Source: a virus
Taxonomy: Duplodnaviria > Caudoviricetes
IMG/VR virus record: IMGVR_UViG_3300030207_003081
Coordinates: 1 to 40,927 of that record
DNA length: 40,927 nt
Direction: 5' to 3' (one strand)
A program made the position numbers and the translations under genes. The notes under the pieces were generated by a model. The model saw only the letters and a list, made by a program, of their open reading frames with translations. It was not told where the DNA came from and did no database searches. This document shows, piece after piece, positions 27,771 to 33,726 of this stretch. Every line of letters starts with the position of its first letter. Positions within the stretch are counted from its first letter, which is position 1.

Positions 27771-27833
27771 TGCGCTAGCATCATCAGGCCGGGTTTGCGC
27801 AGGGCCCGGCGACGCCCCGCAGGGCGTTTCGCT
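27771..27833 (-). ncRNA. Type II hammerhead ribozyme (extra U after A9)
   Basis: Identical to the 27073 and 27378 copies; predicted cut between 27811 and 27810. Confidence 0.88.
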
Positions 27834-28004
27834 TTATGAGCGGTGGCGAGATCTGCGGCGGCCGCATGGTTTGCTTATGAAGCTGAATTGATCGGCGGCG
27901 AGTAAGACGACAACGAGCACCAGGCCGGCGATCAAAGGGACGCCCAGGGCAATGGTCATGAAACCTTGGGGCGTCAATATTTCGGGCGATACGCAATAGT
28001 TCAT
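27834..28004 (-). CDS. Small single-TM early protein
   Basis: GAGGG RBS, MNYCVSPE start, hydrophobic segment IALGVPLIAGLVLVVVLLAA; stop abuts the ribozyme. Confidence 0.6.
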   Translation of the reverse strand: MNYCVSPEILTPQGFMTIALGVPLIAGLVLVVVLLAADQFSFISKPCGRRRSRHRS

Positions 28005-28015
28005 GGCGGCGGCCC

Positions 28016-28252
28016 TCAATATGTGAAATCTGGATAAACAAGAGTCGACGGTTTGAGCTGAATGCTGCGACTAACATCGTCGGCATCAGTGCAGCAGAAA
28101 GACGCCGGGCCAAATGCGTCGCGGGGATTGTAATGTTCGCGGATGTAAACGGTGCGAGCATTTGGTTTACGTATGAAATAGGCGCCCCGTGGCAGTGTGC
28201 GGAGTTCAACCGGTTGATGGGCCCACCGTGGCGCGTCAATATCACGTTGCAT
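28016..28252 (-). CDS. First early gene, hypothetical protein
   Basis: GAAAGGA RBS then MQRDIDAPRW; 78 aa. Confidence 0.7.
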   Translation of the reverse strand: MQRDIDAPRWAHQPVELRTLPRGAYFIRKPNARTVYIREHYNPRDAFGPASFCCTDADDVSRSIQLKPSTLVYPDFTY

Positions 28253-28329
28253 AATTTGGATCCTTTCATGGTCATAAAAATTGAGCGTTCGGCTATCTAG
28301 CATGGAACAACATGGAAAGCAATGGGCCT

Positions 28330-28720
28330 TGTGCTGTATCTAATTTCAGCAAAAGGGCCCGGCGCGCCGTAAACCGTCCCCCGTACCGTATGCGGTGGGG
28401 ATATATTGCCCAAAATATGCGGGGCGGTATGGATCCAGGCCGCACCAGGCGAGCACCAGGGCGACAAGGGCCGCCGCAAGGCCGCCGGGCGCCATAATAG
28501 AACCCGCAGCGGGCGCAAATATTGCGCACCCGGTAAGCACCAGGCCGCCACCTCGATCGCAAGGGCCGCCAGGGCCGCCCCCGGCCCCCCGGTGGGTACG
28601 TTATGGAGTGTGCAACGGATTGGGATATAGAGTGTCAACCACTTTTCACGTGGTCTAGGACGGTACACCAGGGCTCCCACATTTTTTGCGCCAGATACAT
28701 GTAGTATTACATGCCGCCCT
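28330..28720. repeat. GC-rich probably non-coding region with short dispersed repeats (candidate genome terminus/origin)
   Basis: GCACCAGG at 28442, 28453, 28537 (ACACCAGG 28665); GGCCGCC at 28469, 28480, 28543, 28564, 28573; lies at the divergence of the two gene arms. Confidence 0.45.
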
Positions 28721-28818
28721 ACATCCTTTACCTACGTGCTGGTAACAATAAGCGCGGTGGGTGTGGTATAGTATAGCCTGGGGTAAAGGATACTTTAGTT
28801 ATATTCAGAAAGTATCTT

Positions 28819-28846
28819 TTGTAAAGTGCTTTTTATGTGATAAACT
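28819..28846 (+). promoter_or_regulatory. Sigma70-like promoter TTGTAA-N16-TAAACT with extended -10 TG
   Basis: AT-rich region upstream of the methyltransferase. Confidence 0.5.
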
Positions 28847-28886
28847 AATTTAAATAGGGAGGTGCCGGCAATCCACATAGAAAGAG

Positions 28887-29402
28887 ATGCCCGCTACCAT
28901 GTCTAATAAATATGTAACGAGTGGATACGCTCGGTTTGAAGACGATCATTATCCTACGATAGATCCTAGATGCATGAAAGCGCTGCTATCCGGATGGGAC
29001 ATCCCGTTCCCGGCGCTAGATCCCTTCTGTAGTAGCCCTGAGACAGGCCTAGCGCCTGCCCAGGTAGGTGACCTACGGGATGCGTCTCAGTACCGCTCAG
29101 TGGTCACTAATCCGCCATATGCACGTAATATCGTAAATGATTTAGTTAGCCAGTGCGTAGATAAAGTGAAATCAGGCGATGTAGAGGTCGCTGCGCTTCT
29201 AATGCGATTGCAGTGGGATTGTGCAAAGTCGAGGGTGGCGTTGTTCGAGTCCCCCTTCGCATGTTCTTTGCGGCTGTTGTTCCGGCCATACTGGCTTACG
29301 GAGCGTAAGTCATCACCAATCCATAATTATCAGTGGCTGATATGGGATAATCGATGGGAGGGTCCGCCGACTATTAGGCACATCGGAGTTAGTAATGATT
29401 AA
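28887..29402 (+). CDS. Putative DNA amino (N6-adenine) methyltransferase
   Basis: DDHYPT, LDPFC, VVTNPPY catalytic motif, Y.WLIWD. Confidence 0.75.
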   Translation: MPATMSNKYVTSGYARFEDDHYPTIDPRCMKALLSGWDIPFPALDPFCSSPETGLAPAQVGDLRDASQYRSVVTNPPYARNIVNDLVSQCVDKVKSGDVEVAALLMRLQWDCAKSRVALFESPFACSLRLLFRPYWLTERKSSPIHNYQWLIWDNRWEGPPTIRHIGVSND

Positions 29403-29805
29403 AAATAACTTGACAAATTCACGTAAATTAGTAGAACTATATAGCGAAACAGGAGTGCGCATATTAGAGCGCTTTTACGATACGCTAAAGACGGGTGAAT
29501 TAATCGACCCGGTAAAGTTAGCTTCCAGCGACGTTTATTACATCTGGGTTTACCTGCGTGAGAACATGCCTGGGGGCGGCGAGTTGAAGCTCGGCGATGT
29601 AGTCCGGGCATTGGACTTAGAGGGCCACCTAGATCCCGCTACGGGCATGCTACGCGGCTCCCTAAAGGAAGACGAGTCCCCCGGCGCCTATCTGGAAGTC
29701 GATCTCATGCTACGGGGCTCCCTAGAGGAAGACGAGTCCCCCGGCGCGCCCGATGGACTAGCGGCCACCGTACCTGTTTCTGCGGAGCTTGATGCGGACC
29801 CGTAA
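29395..29805 (+). CDS. Hypothetical protein with C-terminal duplication
   Basis: GGAG RBS; ILERFY...SDVYY block; MLRGSL.EDESPGA twice. Confidence 0.6.
   Translation: MIKNNLTNSRKLVELYSETGVRILERFYDTLKTGELIDPVKLASSDVYYIWVYLRENMPGGGELKLGDVVRALDLEGHLDPATGMLRGSLKEDESPGAYLEVDLMLRGSLEEDESPGAPDGLAATVPVSAELDADP
29410..29440 (+). promoter_or_regulatory. Promoter TTGACA-N16-TAGAACTAT
   Basis: Same spacing and AACTAT tail as promoters at 19426-19456 and 40036-40066. Confidence 0.55.
29646..29747 (+). repeat. 42-bp direct repeat, 60-bp period
   Basis: 29646-29687 vs 29706-29747, 2 mismatches. Confidence 0.9.
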
Positions 29806-29841
29806 ACCCATACTAATAATAATAACGGACGCACCGCGACG

Positions 29842-29911
29842 AGAGCGAGTGACGCAGCCATTCACCCTTTAAATTAATAACCAGGGCACGCGTTGCTCGC
29901 TCTTTTTATTT
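29842..29911 (+). terminator. Long-stem hairpin with U tract (terminator/attenuator or processing site)
   Basis: AGAGCGAGUGACGC pairs with GCGUUGCUCGCUCU (14 bp, 2 G.U), 34-nt loop, then UUUUAUUU. Confidence 0.5.
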
Positions 29912-29926
29912 AGGTAACTAACGCTT

Positions 29927-30217
29927 ATGGCAATCACAGTAAGAGGCGAAACATTTAGCGGCTACAACAAGCCGAAGAGGACGCCAAAGCATCCGAAGAA
30001 AAGTCACGCTGTGTTAGCTAAAGAAGGCGATAAAGTTAAGTTAATACGCTTTGGTCAACAAGGCGTAAGAGGAGCGGGTAAGAACCCTAAGACGGCTAAA
30101 GATAAAGCACGTAAAAAATCTTACTACGCCCGCCATGGTCCGGCACCCAAGACAAAGCTATCGGCTAAGTACTGGGCGCACAAAACCAAGTGGGCACGAG
30201 GAGGGCTAGTCGTATGA
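29927..30217 (+). CDS. Small Lys-rich conserved phage protein
   Basis: GYNKPKRTP.HPKKSHAVLAKEGDKVKLIRFGQQG...SAKYWA block recalled from marine phages. Confidence 0.8.
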   Translation: MAITVRGETFSGYNKPKRTPKHPKKSHAVLAKEGDKVKLIRFGQQGVRGAGKNPKTAKDKARKKSYYARHGPAPKTKLSAKYWAHKTKWARGGLVV

Positions 30218-30393
30218 CTGTATTGAATTTGCCCAATAAGCAGCGCATGAAAAAAGGAGGAACTACTATGAAGAAGATGATGGCGAAGAAGCCTGCCGCT
30301 AAAAAGAAAATGATGGGTGGTGGCATGGCCGCCGCTAAAAAGAAGCCGACCATGCAAAAGGGCGGCATGATGAAGAAAAACGCTAAGTACTAA
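30214..30393 (+). CDS. Small Lys/Met-rich protein with repeated xxGG motifs
   Basis: GAGGAGG RBS, ATGA overlap; MKKGG, MMGGG, MQKGG. Confidence 0.65.
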   Translation: MTVLNLPNKQRMKKGGTTMKKMMAKKPAAKKKMMGGGMAAAKKKPTMQKGGMMKKNAKY

Positions 30394-30398
30394 TCACT

Positions 30399-31115
30399 GT
30401 GGCATTGCTCACAGAAAATATCCCGTTTCAACGCGTCCTTGTACGCCGCGAGTACACAACGGGTTACAAACGCCACCATGGCGAATACCTGCAAGGTTTC
30501 GTCCATGCGGTCACCTCCTACATGGGAAGGCAGTTAAGTTTTCAGGTCTGTTTTACAGAGCCTGGATACGGCGGGTACGGCTGGTCGCGCATGCCACTCC
30601 GGGCCATAGTCACGCAGGAATGCGAGGACGATTGGACGGACTTCGCGATTCAGCCTTGGGACTGCGGTAGCTTTCAGTTTAGTGTCGTGAGGTTTGATAT
30701 GTTTCAAGACCTCCCGATGTTCGCACTGATAAATGGTGAAAAGCATGAAGGCCGGTATTGGTTCTCGGTGGACTACTTCAACTCTATGTACGCGGACGAT
30801 CACCGCCAGAATAAAATCACACATCTATGTAAGCTCAATTGTGGTCGCATTGTTGGCGTACCCAATAATCGTTCTCAGTTTTATGATCCTGCATTCTTTG
30901 AACTTGGCGGTGACCGCCCTGATTTCGAGCCTATGCATCGAGGATTTTCGTCGGAGTCTGAGAGCTTTATTGAGATGAGTGACGCCTACGATAACTTCCA
31001 TGGGGGGTACGATATCGTAGAAGAAGAGCACGATTGTGATGAGACATGCGAGTTATGTCCTCATGGCAATTGTCCTGACTGCGAGTATTGTAATGGCAGC
31101 GAAGAAGAAGAGTAA
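30399..31115 (+). CDS. Conserved phage protein with C-terminal Cys-rich acidic tail
   Basis: NIP...VRREY, HGE, RMP, QPWDC, Y.F.VDY, PNNR; tail CxxxCxxCP...CxxCxxC. Confidence 0.8.
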   Translation: MALLTENIPFQRVLVRREYTTGYKRHHGEYLQGFVHAVTSYMGRQLSFQVCFTEPGYGGYGWSRMPLRAIVTQECEDDWTDFAIQPWDCGSFQFSVVRFDMFQDLPMFALINGEKHEGRYWFSVDYFNSMYADDHRQNKITHLCKLNCGRIVGVPNNRSQFYDPAFFELGGDRPDFEPMHRGFSSESESFIEMSDAYDNFHGGYDIVEEEHDCDETCELCPHGNCPDCEYCNGSEEEE

Positions 31116-31281
31116 GTCGCGCGTTAACGAGGCAGGTAACTACACTAAACCTGCGATGCGTAAGCGGCAGTTCAATAGAATTAAAGCTGGGTCGAAAGGC
31201 GGGAAGCCGGGCCAGTGGTCAGCACGCAAGGCTCAGATGCTTGCGGCTGCATATAAGAAAGCCGGCGGAGGATATAAGTGA
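31093..31281 (+). CDS. Small basic protein (DUF5872-like N-terminal type)
   Basis: NYTKP.MR...IKAGSKGGKPGQWSARKAQMLA..YKKAGGGY. Confidence 0.8.
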   Translation: MAAKKKSKSRVNEAGNYTKPAMRKRQFNRIKAGSKGGKPGQWSARKAQMLAAAYKKAGGGYK

Positions 31282-31529
31282 TGCCTGCACCCAAAGCATC
31301 TACACTGAAAAAGAAAATCAAGGCGGGCAAGAAACTAGGCTCGACCGAAAAGGCGTCCGCCAAAGCGCGGGGTCTTATCAAACGCGCCGACGGCAGCAAG
31401 CGTAAATCTAAAAAGTATGCAGCTAAAGGCGGGGCTCTGGTAGGTAAGCAGGCGAAGTTAGATGTCGCGGCGCCCTACGGTAAGATTACCGGCGCTGACT
31501 TTGCGGTCCTGCGGAAACGAAAAACGTGA
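31281..31529 (+). CDS. Small Lys-rich protein
   Basis: GGAGG RBS; YAAKGG motif; C-terminal Q.KLD....GKI...DF..LR. Confidence 0.7.
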   Translation: MPAPKASTLKKKIKAGKKLGSTEKASAKARGLIKRADGSKRKSKKYAAKGGALVGKQAKLDVAAPYGKITGADFAVLRKRKT

Positions 31530-31759
31530 CCGAGTACTTAGTATTCAACGGGCGTCGGTACAAAAAGTCGCCGTTGAAAGACGGCCCTAAGAAAGATCGC
31601 TTGGTGCGGTTGTTGATGAGAGCGCGGCGCGCTGTGAAAGACGCTAAGAATAAACAACAAGAGCGCGCAGCCCGAGGACGGGTTCAGAAGTACAAAGTTG
31701 CGTTAGGTGAACGAGATGGCAAATCCGAGAATACCAAGAAAAAAAGGTCAGCCAGCTAG
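31526..31759 (+). CDS. Small basic protein
   Basis: GTGA overlap; LV..LM.ARRAVK...AR.RV...KVALGER. Confidence 0.7.
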   Translation: MTEYLVFNGRRYKKSPLKDGPKKDRLVRLLMRARRAVKDAKNKQQERAARGRVQKYKVALGERDGKSENTKKKRSAS

Positions 31760-32015
31760 ATCCAAAAAGCATAGCGATCTCTACACCGACGAAAACCCGA
31801 AAGGCACAATCCGGGGGCTCAAGTTTGCTACTACAGAGGATGCGCGGGCATCCGTAAATAAAATCAAAAACTCCGGGCGAGCGCACGCGCACAAGATACA
31901 GGCGGCGATTGCTATGGAGCAGCGGGCGAGGGTGGCCAAGAAAACGGGACCGGCTGCCGTCTACCGTAAATTTATTAATCAAATGAAAAAGAAAACGGAG
32001 GCGCGGAAGAAATGA
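31716..32015 (+). CDS. Small basic conserved phage protein
   Basis: HSDLYTDENPKGTI.GLKF.T..DA...V.K...MEQRA. Confidence 0.8.
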   Translation: MANPRIPRKKGQPARSKKHSDLYTDENPKGTIRGLKFATTEDARASVNKIKNSGRAHAHKIQAAIAMEQRARVAKKTGPAAVYRKFINQMKKKTEARKK

Positions 32016-32329
32016 ATTTCGACAACAAGATTCCGCTGGCCCTGATTGTCACCGTTTTGTTGCAGGCGGGCGGTATCATCTGGTGGGTCAGCCAACAAGC
32101 ACAGACGGTAGAGATTTTGAAAAAAGAAGTAGGCACAGTCGCCTCACGCATGGCTATCGAAAAGAACGTGAACCTACAGCGCGATGTGGCAGACCATGCT
32201 CGCACATTAGAGAATGTGCTCGAAGAGATGAAACGTTTGCATGCGATTGGTGACCACATGGCAGAGACGCGTCGTCGTCTGTCGGTCGTCGAAACACAAC
32301 TGAAGTTCATGGATGAACGGGGCCGTTGA
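32012..32329 (+). CDS. Single-TM coiled-coil protein
   Basis: IPLALIVTVLLQAGGIIWWVS followed by heptad-like region. Confidence 0.7.
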   Translation: MNFDNKIPLALIVTVLLQAGGIIWWVSQQAQTVEILKKEVGTVASRMAIEKNVNLQRDVADHARTLENVLEEMKRLHAIGDHMAETRRRLSVVETQLKFMDERGR

Positions 32330-32571
32330 TGGCGTTAGCTAAGTCACAAAAAAGTTTAAAGGATTGGACTAAGCAGAAGTGGCGGACAAAGTCCGGTAAA
32401 CCGTCGGGGAAAACAGGTGAGCGCTACTTACCCGAAAAGGCGATCAAGTCACTTAGTGCTGCTGAGTACGCTGCTACAACTCGTGCTAAACGTAAGGGCA
32501 CCAAAGCCGGAAAGCAGTTTGTTAAGCAGCCGAAAAAAATCGCAGCGAAAACGAGGAAGTTTAGGAAATGA
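32329..32571 (+). CDS. Small basic protein (DUF5872-like C-terminal type)
   Basis: SQKSLKDWTKQKWRTKSGKPS..TGERYLP.KAIKSLS..EYAATT.AKR. Confidence 0.8.
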   Translation: MALAKSQKSLKDWTKQKWRTKSGKPSGKTGERYLPEKAIKSLSAAEYAATTRAKRKGTKAGKQFVKQPKKIAAKTRKFRK

Positions 32572-32744
32572 CTATCAAAAAAGTAAAAAAAGTCGCCGGC
32601 CAACTCGCTAAAGCATCTAAATTACATGGCAAGCAGTCGGAGACGCTGGATGATTATCTAAAATCTACCAAAAAGATGGCGCGGGGCGGTGGTCTATTCA
32701 CCAAGCGGGGCGTGCTACGCGGCACCAAAAACGCTAAATATTAA
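32568..32744 (+). CDS. 58 aa basic protein (not in ORF track)
   Basis: Manual translation MTIKKVKKVAGQLAKASKLHGKQS...KMARGGGLF...KNAKY; ATGA overlap. Confidence 0.7.
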   Translation: MTIKKVKKVAGQLAKASKLHGKQSETLDDYLKSTKKMARGGGLFTKRGVLRGTKNAKY

Positions 32745-32761
32745 TTAGCAGAGATCGATAT

Positions 32762-32962
32762 ATGGCTCGCAGTCCAACCAAACGACAACAAAACAAAGTC
32801 GCCCGTGTTATGCGGGAGTTTAAAAATAAGAAACTGACTGTAGGACAATCGAGAAAAAAAGTAAAAAGCCCGAAGCAGGCGATAGCTATTGCGCTATCCG
32901 AAGCTGGGATATCCCGTAGAAACGCTAGGACTAAATCGAATGCAGCAAAAAAATCTAAGTGA
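32762..32962 (+). CDS. DUF6496-like small basic protein
   Basis: KV..VMREFK..KL..G....VKS.KQAIAIALSEAG. Confidence 0.8.
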   Translation: MARSPTKRQQNKVARVMREFKNKKLTVGQSRKKVKSPKQAIAIALSEAGISRRNARTKSNAAKKSK

Positions 32963-33320
32963 GCAACAGCAAGTTTTCTTAGACGCTTTAGTAGGCGAGG
33001 CGCAGGGGAATATCCGGGCGGCAATGGACGTGGCTGGCTACAGCAAAAACACTAAATCAATTGATATAGTGCGGCGTTTGAAAACAGAAATTTTAGAGGT
33101 CACTCAGACCTTTCTGGCGTCGAACGGCCCGCGAGCCGCCATGGCAATGACGGGCGTATTAGACGACCCCACCGCTCTTGGAAATCGAGATCGCATCAAC
33201 GCGGCCCGAGAAGTGTTAGACAGAGTAGGCATCGTTAAGACTGAGAAGGTTGCCGTCCAAGCTGACTCTGGGGGTTTGTTTATCTTACCTCCTAAAAAAC
33301 CGAAGGAAGAGGATGACTGA
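32940..33320 (+). CDS. Putative terminase small subunit
   Basis: AGGA RBS; LSEQQQ.FL...A...AGYS HTH-like start; AAREVLDRVG; FILPPK. Confidence 0.7.
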   Translation: MQQKNLSEQQQVFLDALVGEAQGNIRAAMDVAGYSKNTKSIDIVRRLKTEILEVTQTFLASNGPRAAMAMTGVLDDPTALGNRDRINAAREVLDRVGIVKTEKVAVQADSGGLFILPPKKPKEEDD

Positions 33321-33726
33321 GAAAAAACCTCGGTGGCGCCCAATACCACGTTTCAGTAGACAAATACCTTTTGGCTACGAGCAGGATCCGGACGACCCAG
33401 ATATCTTAAACCCAATCGAAGAGCAACTAGAGGCGCTAGAACAAGCTAAAGAGTATTTAAAAACATGCAGCTTTCGAGAGGTAGCTCGTTGGTTATCAGC
33501 CACCACAGGACGCCGAATATCTTTCCAGGGATTACATAAGATTGTCCGATCAGAAAAGAAGCGAAAAGACATTGCCAAACTCTACCACTATTACGCCACC
33601 AAAGCCAAAGAGTGTGCGGAAAAAGAAAAACTCATCCAGTCGCGCCTCATCTACGTCGCCGAAGAAGACCGCGTCCCGCCCGTTGATATCTCAAGCCTCG
33701 ACGAAGGAGACGCCCGAGCCCGATGA
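33313..33726 (+). CDS. Putative DNA-binding protein upstream of terminase
   Basis: IPFGY, S.REVA.WLS..TGR.IS..GL pattern resembling a recombinase-type DNA-binding domain. Confidence 0.7.
   Translation: MTEKKPRWRPIPRFSRQIPFGYEQDPDDPDILNPIEEQLEALEQAKEYLKTCSFREVARWLSATTGRRISFQGLHKIVRSEKKRKDIAKLYHYYATKAKECAEKEKLIQSRLIYVAEEDRVPPVDISSLDEGDARAR

Noticed and set aside
27356-27784. ORF-track starts MMLAQPTG at 27391 and 27784 (and MMISHQ at 25574)
   Set aside because: These ATGs come from the CUGAUGAUG core sequence and lack an RBS; real starts follow clear SD sequences downstream
26010-27833. CRISPR array or integron attC interpretation of the repeats
   Set aside because: Intervening segments are about 240-1000 bp and protein-coding; no cas or integron integrase; the repeat is fully explained by a hammerhead fold on one strand
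28605-28638. Minus-strand TTGACA as the early promoter
   Set aside because: No convincing -10 at 16-18 nt spacing; the early promoter could not be located
28293-28680. Several overlapping ORFs on both strands
   Set aside because: GC-rich, low-complexity Arg/Pro/Ala translations without RBS; likely non-coding
29666-29745. GACGAGTCCC resembling a hammerhead CUGACGAG-stem II
   Set aside because: Preceded by AA rather than CU, with no matching GGGAC-GAAA or cleavage triplet
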